Below, in pieces: positions 28,723 to 37,761 of a stretch of 48,154 nucleotides of DNA. The DNA comes from an uncultured Spirochaetaceae bacterium. Lineage in GTDB: Bacteria; Spirochaetota; Spirochaetia; CADAEX01. Each line of letters starts with the position of its first letter. The stretch's first letter is position 1. Under the pieces are notes generated by a model. It was given only the letters and a program-made list of their open reading frames with translations. It had not been told where the DNA came from and ran no database searches. The stretch spans positions 1 through 48,154 of the forward strand of contig CADAEX010000003.1 in assembly GCA_902787125.1 (NCBI GenBank), in the 5' to 3' direction. Position numbers and translations under genes: made by a program.

Positions 28723-31700
28723 ATGATTGACGATTTCCTCAGAGAGCTCATCACCCGTTTCAGACCCCTCCCGGCCCATAAGAGGTTGGTGGATACTTTT
28801 TGCTCCAGACAATTTCCTATAACAGTCGGAGGTATCCGTAAGCTCCCTCTTGCTGCTGTAATTTCCGACCTTTTCCGTTATTCAAAAGGTTCTTTTCTTA
28901 TTGTTCTTCCCAACGAGAAAGAGGCAGAACTCTTTTATGAAGATGTTTCCCTCTGCTGCAAGGATGTATGCTATATTCCCGGGTGGAACACCCTGCCATA
29001 CAGGGGAGAAAGCCCAGGTTCCCAGAACTGTGGGAACAGGGTCAAAGGTCTTGCCAAGCTGATATCAAGCCCAAAGTGTATTGCTGTAACTTCGGTGGGG
29101 GCATTCCTTACCCCTATGGTTCCTGCAGATTTCTTTAAGAAGCATATCTCTTTCCTCAAAAAGGGGCAGAGTGTAAATACAGCAGAGCTTGAGAAGCAGA
29201 TGCAGGGCTGCGGCTATATCCGTACCCCGAAGGTATCGGTGCCTGGTGACTTTGCAATAAGAGGCGAAGTCTTCGACTTCTATCCTTTTGGCAGCGATGA
29301 GCCTGTCCGGGCCGTGTTTGAGTTTGACGAGATAGATGCTGTCAAGACATTTGATCCGATTACCCAGGCTTCCACAGGCAGGCTTGATAGTGCTGTGATT
29401 CCTCCATGCAAGGAAATACTATGGGATTCAGAGCATATTGAGACAGTAAGGAATATGGGGCTTCTGAAGGAGCCGGATCTTGAGAAGCTTGTGACTGAGA
29501 ACGAGGTTGCAGAGGAGGAATACATATTCCCTCTGACCTTTGAGAAGTGCGGGCACCTTGCTGATTATATGGGAGAGTTCTCCTCCCTGCTTCTGGTGGA
29601 CTATGAGCTTCTGGAGCAGCGTTCCGAGGCAATAATGGATGAATATAAGGCCTGTTACCGGCAGAGTGCCCATGATTCCTTTGCAAAGCCTCCTTTGCCA
29701 GACATTCTGCTGACAGATTTCGCAAAGGAGACCGAGGCTGTGGAGCGGCGTATAGTGCTGCCTCTTCTTCACGACAGCAGGCATAATACTGATGCTATAA
29801 CCTATTCCTACGAGTCGGGCCGCTCCTTCTTCGGCAACTTTGCCTATCTCAAGGATGAGCTTTCCCAGCTGATCAGCAACAAATATAAAGTCTATATATT
29901 CTCAAGCTCCGGTGTCCAGGCCCAGAGAATAAGCAAGATTCTTGAGGACCTTGATGTTAAGGTGATAATGGGAGCTATTTCTGGCGGCTTTGTCCTCCCC
30001 GACAGCCATATAATCGCCATACAGGAGAACGAGATATTCGGCCGCAAGAAAAGGCCGCCTGCATCGGTAAAGAAGGTCAAGAGCAGCCCTATAGATTCCT
30101 TTGTTGAGCTGAACAAGGGAGATTTTGTAGTCCATATAAATTACGGGATCGGCAGATTCATAGGGATAGACCGTATCAAGACATCAGGGACAGAGCGGGA
30201 CTATATACACCTGGAATATGCCGGGGAAGAGGCTGTCTTTATCCCTATTGAGCAGGTCAATCTGATACAGCGGTACATAGGCGGGGAGGGCAAAGCGCCG
30301 CACCTGGACCATATCGGAGGCAAGGGCTGGGAGGCCCGCAAGATCAAGGCCCGCAAAGCCGCAGAGGAGCTGGCCGCCCGGCTGGTAAAGCTCTATTCAA
30401 GGCGGCAGAATGCAAAAGGATATGCCTTCCCCTCCGATACCGACATGCAGATGGAGTTTGAGGCTGCCTTCCCATATGATGAGACCGGCGACCAGCTCCG
30501 TTGTATAGAAGAGGTCAAGGCAGACATGGAGAGAGCCAACCCTATGGACCGGCTTATCTGCGGCGATGTCGGATTCGGCAAGACCGAGGTTGCCATGCGG
30601 GCCGTGTTCAAGGCTGTGGCCGGAGGAAAGCAGGCTGCTTTCCTGTGTCCTACCACAATTCTGGCAGAGCAGCACTACAATAATTTCAAGGAACGGTTCA
30701 AGAACTTCCCTGTGGAGATCCGGCTCCTTTCCCGTTTTGTTCCACCGAAACAGCAGAAGGCAGTTATCCAGGACCTTAAGAGCGGCAGGGCAGATATCAT
30801 AATAGGGACCCACCGGATTCTGCAGAAGGATGTGATATTCAACAATCTGGGTCTTATGGTTGTGGACGAGGAGCAGCGGTTCGGGGTAAAGGACAAGGAG
30901 AAGATGAAAGAGCTCAAGACTTCCATCGACTGTCTTTCTCTCTCTGCAACTCCTATTCCTAGAACTCTACATATGTCACTGCTTAAGATAAGGGATCTTT
31001 CTGTCCTTGAGACACCGCCCCGGAACCGGCGTCCTATAGAGACCTTTGTCCAGCCCTACAGCATGGAGATTGTAAAAAAAGCTGTTCTCCAGGAAATATC
31101 CCGTGGCGGCCAGGTCTATTATCTGCATAACAGGGTGGAATCTCTTGAGAATGTTCGCCTTACCCTGGAGCACATGATGCCGGAGCTTATCATGGAGACA
31201 GCCCACGGCAAGATGAGCGGCACCGAGCTTGAGGATATAATGGACAGGTTTGTACATCAGGAGATTCAAGTCCTTATCTCCACAACCATAATCGAAAACG
31301 GTCTGGATATCCCTAACGTCAATACCATAATCATAGACCGGGCCGATATGTACGGCATATCCCAGCTTTATCAGCTCCGGGGCCGGGTAGGGCGTTCCGA
31401 CAAGCTGGCGTATGCATATCTCCTTTATCCGGAGCAGACTGCCATGACAGAACTGGCCATGAAACGGCTCCGCATTATTTCTGATAACACCGGCCTTGGT
31501 GCCGGATTCAAGGTGGCTATGAAAGACCTGGAGGTGCGGGGCGCCGGCAATCTTCTGGGCCGGGACCAGAGTGGAGAGATAAGCTCTGTGGGCTTTGACA
31601 TGTACCTGCGCCTTATTGACGAGGCAGTCCGCTCCCTGGATGAACAGAGGAAGGAAGAGCTTGATGTCCATGATGTCTATCTAGAGCTTGAGTATTCAGG

Positions 31701-32109
31701 GTTTATCCCCGATACATATATCCGGGATCAGAGCGAGAAGATGGAGATATACAAGAAGATTGCCTCTGTGGTCTCGGAAAGCGAGCTTGACACTATATGC
31801 AGCGAGCTGGAGGACCGTTTCGGTCCGCTTCCGGACGAGGTCGAGAGTCTTGTTTCCCTGGCCGAGATAAGGGTTCTCTGCGGCAAGCTCTATATCACTT
31901 CCATGAAAGAGCATCATGGTGTGATAGAGATAACCTTCGGAAAGGTTCATGTGATCAATCTCGAGAAATATATGCGTCTTATAAAAGAGAATGGAGGCAG
32001 GATAAAGCCGTCGCCTGATAAGGCAAATGTTCTGATTATAACCACCGGTCTTGTGGATTTAAAGGAAAAATCGGCTTTCCTCCGGGATAAGCTTATGCAG
32101 CTGGTATAG
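28723..32109 (+). CDS. mfd: transcription-repair coupling factor
   Basis: Walker A is GDVGFGKTEVAMRA and the DEAD-like motif is VVDEEQRFGV, followed by the RLRIISD and GAGNLLG TRG region. The start is probably ATG 28723 (MIDDFLRELI) or 28699. The ORF-track start at 28627 would overlap the divergent gene. Confidence 0.92.
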   Translation: MIDDFLRELITRFRPLPAHKRLVDTFCSRQFPITVGGIRKLPLAAVISDLFRYSKGSFLIVLPNEKEAELFYEDVSLCCKDVCYIPGWNTLPYRGESPGSQNCGNRVKGLAKLISSPKCIAVTSVGAFLTPMVPADFFKKHISFLKKGQSVNTAELEKQMQGCGYIRTPKVSVPGDFAIRGEVFDFYPFGSDEPVRAVFEFDEIDAVKTFDPITQASTGRLDSAVIPPCKEILWDSEHIETVRNMGLLKEPDLEKLVTENEVAEEEYIFPLTFEKCGHLADYMGEFSSLLLVDYELLEQRSEAIMDEYKACYRQSAHDSFAKPPLPDILLTDFAKETEAVERRIVLPLLHDSRHNTDAITYSYESGRSFFGNFAYLKDELSQLISNKYKVYIFSSSGVQAQRISKILEDLDVKVIMGAISGGFVLPDSHIIAIQENEIFGRKKRPPASVKKVKSSPIDSFVELNKGDFVVHINYGIGRFIGIDRIKTSGTERDYIHLEYAGEEAVFIPIEQVNLIQRYIGGEGKAPHLDHIGGKGWEARKIKARKAAEELAARLVKLYSRRQNAKGYAFPSDTDMQMEFEAAFPYDETGDQLRCIEEVKADMERANPMDRLICGDVGFGKTEVAMRAVFKAVAGGKQAAFLCPTTILAEQHYNNFKERFKNFPVEIRLLSRFVPPKQQKAVIQDLKSGRADIIIGTHRILQKDVIFNNLGLMVVDEEQRFGVKDKEKMKELKTSIDCLSLSATPIPRTLHMSLLKIRDLSVLETPPRNRRPIETFVQPYSMEIVKKAVLQEISRGGQVYYLHNRVESLENVRLTLEHMMPELIMETAHGKMSGTELEDIMDRFVHQEIQVLISTTIIENGLDIPNVNTIIIDRADMYGISQLYQLRGRVGRSDKLAYAYLLYPEQTAMTELAMKRLRIISDNTGLGAGFKVAMKDLEVRGAGNLLGRDQSGEISSVGFDMYLRLIDEAVRSLDEQRKEELDVHDVYLELEYSGFIPDTYIRDQSEKMEIYKKIASVVSESELDTICSELEDRFGPLPDEVESLVSLAEIRVLCGKLYITSMKEHHGVIEITFGKVHVINLEKYMRLIKENGGRIKPSPDKANVLIITTGLVDLKEKSAFLRDKLMQLV

Positions 32110-32117
32110 GAGAGAAT

Positions 32118-32819
32118 ATGGAAGAGATTTTTCATCGTACTGTCAAAAGCTTTGTGCTCAGGAGCGGTCGTATCACAAAACTGCAGCAGCATGCCCTTGA
32201 TAACTATGCCAAGCTGTACACCATCCCTTATGAGGCAGGGCAGAGGCTTGATTTTGCTGAAGTGTTCCATAATATCAACCCGACTTTGATCGAGATCGGT
32301 TTCGGAGATGGCGAGGCTACATATCAGATGGCAGAGGGCAATCCAGGCATGAACTATCTGGCCCTGGAGGTCTATCCCCCTGGAGTAGGGGCGCTCCTTG
32401 ATGTCATTCATACCAGAAATCTTGTCAATGTACGTATAGTTCAGCACGATGCCGCCGAGGTGGTGGAGAACATGGTGGCCGACAGTTCTGTGTCAGGCTT
32501 TCATATATTTTTTCCAGATCCCTGGCAGAAAAAACGGCATAATAAAAGGCGTCTGATAAACAGTACCTTTGTCTCTGTTCTTGCCGATAAATTAAAGGAG
32601 GGGGGCTATATCTACTGCGCCACCGACTGGGAGGACTATGCTTTCCAGATGCAGGAAGTGCTGCGGGGAGAGACTAGGCTTTCATCCCCTTTTAAGGGAT
32701 TTGTGGAAAAGCCTGATGATATTGTGCCCTGGCGGCCAGAGACCAAGTTCGAGCGCAAAGGTATTGCGGTGGGCAGGACTATTTTTGAATCCTATTTTGT
32801 TAAAGGAGATAGAGTATGA
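32118..32819 (+). CDS. trmB: tRNA (guanine(46)-N7)-methyltransferase
   Basis: 233 aa. It contains IEIGFGDGE and the FFPDPWQKKRHNKRRL signature. Confidence 0.9.
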   Translation: MEEIFHRTVKSFVLRSGRITKLQQHALDNYAKLYTIPYEAGQRLDFAEVFHNINPTLIEIGFGDGEATYQMAEGNPGMNYLALEVYPPGVGALLDVIHTRNLVNVRIVQHDAAEVVENMVADSSVSGFHIFFPDPWQKKRHNKRRLINSTFVSVLADKLKEGGYIYCATDWEDYAFQMQEVLRGETRLSSPFKGFVEKPDDIVPWRPETKFERKGIAVGRTIFESYFVKGDRV

Positions 32820-33091
32820 AAAAATGTATGGACAGCGAGAATCTTCATAAGAGAATCCGTAAAGTTGTGGGACAGCTGCAGGCTGTGGACAGGATGGTGG
32901 ATGAGGATAAGCCATGCGAGGATGTGCTGGCCCAGATAAGTGCCGCAAGCTCTGCGCTCCATAAAATAGGACAGGTGGTGCTTGAAGGACATATCCGTCA
33001 CTGTGTGCGGGATGGCATACAGCATGGAGATGCCGATAAGACTATAGAAAACTTTACCACAGCGGTAGAACGCTTTGCAAATATGAAATAA
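32816..33091 (+). CDS. csoR: CsoR-family metal-sensing transcriptional repressor
   Basis: 91 aa. The helix 1 motif is RIRKVVGQLQAVDRMV. The x-C-H-C ligand fingerprint is C34, H59, C63, with the same 25/4 spacing as Cu(I)-sensing CsoR. Confidence 0.85.
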   Translation: MKKCMDSENLHKRIRKVVGQLQAVDRMVDEDKPCEDVLAQISAASSALHKIGQVVLEGHIRHCVRDGIQHGDADKTIENFTTAVERFANMK

Positions 33092-33095
33092 GGCC

Positions 33096-33128
33096 TTGAC
33101 ATACATATACCTATGGGGGTATATGTAT
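33096..33128 (+). promoter_or_regulatory. promoter plus CsoR-type operator upstream of the P-type ATPase
   Basis: TTGACA (33096-33101), an 18-nt spacer, then TATATG (33120-33125). A perfect 11-bp inverted repeat, ATACATATACC (33101-33111) / GGTATATGTAT (33118-33128), surrounds a TACC-N-GGGGGTA core. Confidence 0.6.
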
Positions 33129-33131
33129 TAT

Positions 33132-35006
33132 ATGAGCAAAAAGACCATTCTTATCTCCCTTTCAGCAGCTTCGCTGATTCTAAGCTTTTTTAATGTTTTC
33201 AATTTACCATTTGACCTTGCCTGGGTGGCTGTACTGTTCTGCGGTATTCCCATTATCAAAGAGGCAGGTGAGGCTCTTGTAAAAGATTTTGACATAACTG
33301 CAGATCTCCTGGTTGCCATGGCTATAATAGCTTCGGTATGTATCGGAGAGTTATTTGCTGCCGGTGAGGTGGCCCTGATTATGACATTAGGAGAAGAACT
33401 GGAAGATTATACTGTTTCCAAAGCCAGAAAAGGTGTACAGCGTCTAGTCTCCCTTACTCCTGCCAAAGCCAGGGTTATGCATGGTGATATTGAGCAGATT
33501 GTGACTGTAGACCAGGTACAGGTTGGAGATATCCTTAAAATACTGCCGGGAGAGACTGTTCCTGTTGATGGTGTTATCCGATCAGGGCAGACATCCATAG
33601 ACCAGTCGGCAATGACAGGTGAATCTATGCCTGTGGATAAAAAGAGGGGTGATGAGGTCTCAAGCGGTACAGTAAATCAGTTCGGATCCTTTACTATGGA
33701 GGCTCTCCGCCGTGGAGAAGACAGCTCTATACAGCGTATGATCCAGCTGGTGGAATCGGCCGATGCCGGAAAAGCCAAGATAGTCCGTCTGGCCGACAGG
33801 TGGGCATTCTGGATTGTCCTTATAGCTCTTTTTACTGCTGTCATAACAGGTATTGTAACCAGAAATCTTATTCGCAGTGTAACTGTTCTGGTGGTCTTCT
33901 GCCCCTGTGCCCTGGTGCTTGCCACACCTGTCGCTGTTGTGGCTGCCATTGGCAATGTCTCTAAGCATGGGTTTCTGGTCAAGGAAGGAGATGCCTTGGA
34001 ACGTCTGTCTATGGTCAAGAAAGTGGCTTTGGACAAAACAGGAACACTTACCTATGGGATTCCTTCGGTAGTGGCAGTAGTAAGCACCAGCCCCGAGCTG
34101 CCAGAGCAGGAACTTTTCCATATTGCCGCTTCTGTGGAGCAGTTTTCAGAGCATCCTCTTGGGAAGGCAGTTGTGTCATCTTATAAAAAGACAACCGAAA
34201 GAATGCTTTCCGATACTTCTGATTTTGTCATGCTTCCTGGTAATGGGGTCAAGGCTGTGGTTGCAGGTGTTCCGGTGATGGCTGGCAACAGTATTTTTCT
34301 TCAGAACAGCGGCATTCTTCTTGAAAAGGAATTCCTTGCGGCTGCAGAGGTATATCAAAAACAGGGATGTACTGTAATCTATATTGCAAAGGAAGGGAGA
34401 ATAGCCGGCTTTATAGCATTGGCCGATGAACTGCGGCCTGAAAGCTGTCCACTTATGCGGCGGCTTAAATATTTAGGTGTCGAGCCGGTGCTTCTTACAG
34501 GAGATACCCATGCTGCTGCCAGTTCTGTCGTATCGCGCCTGGAAATTGAAGAGTTCCATGCCGGGTGTCTGCCCGAGGATAAAATGGCTCATATAGCACG
34601 GTATCAGAAGGAACATAAACCTGTATGCATGATAGGTGACGGCATAAATGATGCACCGGCTCTTAGATTGGCAGATGTGGGTATTGCCATGGGTAAGATA
34701 GGAAGCGATATTGCTGCTGTTGCCGCAGATATAGTGCTGATCAACGACCATATCCATGCCATAGACCATATCATTGCCCTGTCCCGGCGTATGATGACTA
34801 CAATCAGATGTAACATCATTTTCTCCATGTCCCTTAATTTTCTGGCTGTCGTCTTGGCAGTGACAGGCTGTATAAACCCTGTGGCAGGAGCTCTGGTTCA
34901 CAATGGAGGTTCGTTCTTGGTAATTGCAAATTCTGCTCTTTTATTATATTATAAAAGAGGAGGGGTGCTGCAGTGGCCAAAAGAAAAAATGGGAAAAAGA
35001 GCTTAA
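33132..35006 (+). CDS. heavy-metal translocating P1B-type ATPase without an N-terminal metal-binding domain
   Basis: The start is ATG 33132 (MSKKTILISL). It has TGES, CPC in TM6 (VVFCPCALVLATP), DKTGTLT and GDGINDAPAL. No CxxC HMA domain is present. The final TM region reads HNGGS. Confidence 0.9.
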   Translation: MSKKTILISLSAASLILSFFNVFNLPFDLAWVAVLFCGIPIIKEAGEALVKDFDITADLLVAMAIIASVCIGELFAAGEVALIMTLGEELEDYTVSKARKGVQRLVSLTPAKARVMHGDIEQIVTVDQVQVGDILKILPGETVPVDGVIRSGQTSIDQSAMTGESMPVDKKRGDEVSSGTVNQFGSFTMEALRRGEDSSIQRMIQLVESADAGKAKIVRLADRWAFWIVLIALFTAVITGIVTRNLIRSVTVLVVFCPCALVLATPVAVVAAIGNVSKHGFLVKEGDALERLSMVKKVALDKTGTLTYGIPSVVAVVSTSPELPEQELFHIAASVEQFSEHPLGKAVVSSYKKTTERMLSDTSDFVMLPGNGVKAVVAGVPVMAGNSIFLQNSGILLEKEFLAAAEVYQKQGCTVIYIAKEGRIAGFIALADELRPESCPLMRRLKYLGVEPVLLTGDTHAAASSVVSRLEIEEFHAGCLPEDKMAHIARYQKEHKPVCMIGDGINDAPALRLADVGIAMGKIGSDIAAVAADIVLINDHIHAIDHIIALSRRMMTTIRCNIIFSMSLNFLAVVLAVTGCINPVAGALVHNGGSFLVIANSALLLYYKRGGVLQWPKEKMGKRA

Positions 35007-35872
35007 AAAATAATTATCCCCTTATTGTGGCCGCCCTTATACTGCTGGCCGCTCTTCTTATCTTAGCAGCTGTCATAAACTATCACCCTTCTTCCAAGCC
35101 GGAGACTCCCGCCATACCTGAAACGCCGGAACCGCAGGTACAGCCTCAGCCGGAACCAGCTTCCGAGCCGGCTCCTGTGCCTGAAAAACCTAAAAAGCGT
35201 ATTTACATAATCCTGGATGACGGCGGTCATAACACACACCAGCTCAAACCGTTCCTTCAGTTCCCGGGAAAGCTTTCTATTGCTGTTATACCAAGGCTTA
35301 AATATTCCAAGGAGGCGGCAGAACTCATATACCAGAGCGGTAAGACAGTCATGCTTCATCAGCCTATGCAGCCCCTTGGAAAGGCAGACCCAGGTGCCGG
35401 TGCCATCTATGTGACTATGAGCAATGAGGATATCCGCAGGACTCTGAACGAGAACCTGGACTCTGTTCCTCATGTGGTGGGCTTCAACAACCATATGGGT
35501 TCTGCCGCCACCAGTGATGAGCGGGTTATGGATGTGGTGCTGAAGATAGCTGAGCAGCGGGGGCTGTTCTTTGTGGACAGCTTCACCCATTCTGGTTCTG
35601 TATGTGCCAAGATTGCCAAGAAGAATGGTATGCGTATTGCAAAACGTGATATATTTCTCGATAATGACAAAAGCAGGGAAAAGATAATGGAAGCATTCAA
35701 TGCAGGTAAGGCTATTGCAGATAAAAACGGCTATGCGGTTATGATCGGACATGTCTGGTCAGATGAACTTGCCAGCACCATGATAGAGCTCTATCCTGAA
35801 TTCATAGAAGAGGGGTATTGCTTTGAGTCTGTTGCTGATTTCTTCAAGCTGGAAGAAGATTCCGGGGAATAA
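34973..35872 (+). CDS. divergent polysaccharide deacetylase family protein (YibQ-like)
   Basis: 299 aa with a GTG start overlapping the ATPase 3' end by 34 nt. It has a TM anchor, a Pro/Glu-rich linker, then IYIILDDGGHN...LSIAVIP...VMLHQPMQP. Confidence 0.75.
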   Translation: MAKRKNGKKSLKNNYPLIVAALILLAALLILAAVINYHPSSKPETPAIPETPEPQVQPQPEPASEPAPVPEKPKKRIYIILDDGGHNTHQLKPFLQFPGKLSIAVIPRLKYSKEAAELIYQSGKTVMLHQPMQPLGKADPGAGAIYVTMSNEDIRRTLNENLDSVPHVVGFNNHMGSAATSDERVMDVVLKIAEQRGLFFVDSFTHSGSVCAKIAKKNGMRIAKRDIFLDNDKSREKIMEAFNAGKAIADKNGYAVMIGHVWSDELASTMIELYPEFIEEGYCFESVADFFKLEEDSGE

Positions 35873-35874
35873 AA

Positions 35875-36891
35875 GTGAATGTTCTTGGTATAGAGTCCTC
35901 TTGTGATGAATGTTCCGTTGCTGTCGTGGCAGACGGTAAAAAGATACTCTCAAATGTTGTTGCCACCCAGATTCCGCTTCATCAGCCCTATATGGGTGTT
36001 GTTCCTGAGATAGCCTCAAGAACCCATGTGGAATGGATAAAAGGGGTAGTGCATAACTCTCTGGAGACTGCGGGCTGCACCCTTAAGGATATAGACGGCA
36101 TAGCAGTCACTGCCAAGCCAGGTCTTGCCGGCTCTCTTCTTGTTGGACTCTCCTATGCCAAGGCTCTCTCCTATGCTGCAGACATCCCATACATCGGGGT
36201 AAATCATATATACGGCCACATCCATGCGGCCCATATAGAATACGACATTCAGTATCCCTATGTGGCGCTTCTGGTATCAGGAGGACACACCCTTATCGCC
36301 ATCATGGAGAACTATGACAAGATGCAGATTATGGGGACAACCATAGACGATGCCTGCGGCGAGGCCTTTGACAAGATTGCAAAGTTCTACGGCTGGGGAT
36401 ACCCGGGGGGAGTAGTCATAGACAGACTGGCTCAGAAAGGAGATCCCAATGCCTTCTCTTTCCCGGATCCATCCCTCCACAAGGGAGAACATAAGTATGA
36501 TGTCTCCTATTCAGGTCTTAAGACTGCGGTGATTAATCAGCTGCATCAGTTCCAGAATCCCGGCTATGAAGCAACACCCGAGAATATTGCTGCCTCATTC
36601 CAGAAGACAGCTATCGATATGCTTATACGCCGGCTTAAGAAGGCTGCAAAGGCTGCAGGGCTTAACACAGTAGTCACCGGTGGGGGAGTTGCTGCCAACT
36701 CGTACCTGCGCAAAGCCCTCTCGGAACTCGATGGTTTCAATGTCTATATCCCTTCCATGAAGCTGTGCGGTGATAACGGCGCCATGATTGCAGGGCTTGG
36801 TTACCATTTTCTCAAGGATGGCATGACATCTGACCTTTCTCTTACCATCATGTCCAAGGTTATGGCTTTCCATAGGAGTTATCCGCGGTAG
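35875..36891 (+). CDS. tsaD: tRNA N6-adenosine threonylcarbamoyltransferase
   Basis: 338 aa with a GTG start. It contains GIESSCDE, VNHIYGHI, LLVSGGHT and GGGVAAN. Confidence 0.93.
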   Translation: MNVLGIESSCDECSVAVVADGKKILSNVVATQIPLHQPYMGVVPEIASRTHVEWIKGVVHNSLETAGCTLKDIDGIAVTAKPGLAGSLLVGLSYAKALSYAADIPYIGVNHIYGHIHAAHIEYDIQYPYVALLVSGGHTLIAIMENYDKMQIMGTTIDDACGEAFDKIAKFYGWGYPGGVVIDRLAQKGDPNAFSFPDPSLHKGEHKYDVSYSGLKTAVINQLHQFQNPGYEATPENIAASFQKTAIDMLIRRLKKAAKAAGLNTVVTGGGVAANSYLRKALSELDGFNVYIPSMKLCGDNGAMIAGLGYHFLKDGMTSDLSLTIMSKVMAFHRSYPR

Positions 36892-37761
36892 ATGTCCAAA
36901 AAGAGCATTCTGTATATCATCATAACAGCCCTCTGTTTTGGAACCATGGAAGTGGCTCTCAAGATAGGGGGCAGCACTTTCACAGCCCTGCAGATGAATT
37001 TTCTCCGGTTCCTTATCGGCGGTCTTCTGCTTCTTCCTCTTGCTCTCAAGGAACTTAAACGCAGGCAGATTGTCCTGACTGTGGTGGACTGGGGCTATAT
37101 GACTCTCCTGGGTGTGCTGGGAATAAGCTTCAGCATGTCATTCTTCCAGATAGGTGTAATGTATCTGAATGCCAATACGGCAGCTATCATAATATCCTGC
37201 AACCCTGTATTCACTATGATGTTTGCCCATTTCCTGGTGCATGACCGCTTTACTTCCAACAAGGCGCTTGTATTAAGCATCTGTCTTATAGGACTTATGT
37301 TTGTGGCAAATCCTTTCCATCTGGCAGAAGGCAACACTCCTAAAGGATTTCTGTACATGCTTATTGCAATGATCTCCTTTGCCCTTTATTCTTCCCTTGG
37401 AAACATAAGAGCACAGCGGCTTGGCGGGGCTATACAGACCTGCATTCCTTTCCTTATAGCTTCTGTATTCAATCTTCTGATTCTTATTATGCTTAAGGAG
37501 CCCATATTCAGTGGCATCACCCTGAAAAGCTTTCCGGTTCTGCTCTATATAGGCTTTATTGTCACAGGTCTTGGCTACTTTACCTATCTTGGAGCTATTG
37601 AGATGGTGGGACCTTCAAACGCCTCCATCTCTTTCTTCCTTAAGCCTGTAGTTGCTGTTGCCACAGCTTTCCTGGTCCTTCATGAGGAGATAACCTGGAA
37701 TATTATCTTAGGTATTGCTATTATTCTTACAGGTTTTTGTATAAATATGAAGAAGCGCTAA
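36892..37761 (+). CDS. EamA/DMT-family transporter
   Basis: 289 aa, about 10 TM, with two EamA-like halves. It starts directly after the tsaD stop. Confidence 0.8.
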   Translation: MSKKSILYIIITALCFGTMEVALKIGGSTFTALQMNFLRFLIGGLLLLPLALKELKRRQIVLTVVDWGYMTLLGVLGISFSMSFFQIGVMYLNANTAAIIISCNPVFTMMFAHFLVHDRFTSNKALVLSICLIGLMFVANPFHLAEGNTPKGFLYMLIAMISFALYSSLGNIRAQRLGGAIQTCIPFLIASVFNLLILIMLKEPIFSGITLKSFPVLLYIGFIVTGLGYFTYLGAIEMVGPSNASISFFLKPVVAVATAFLVLHEEITWNIILGIAIILTGFCINMKKR

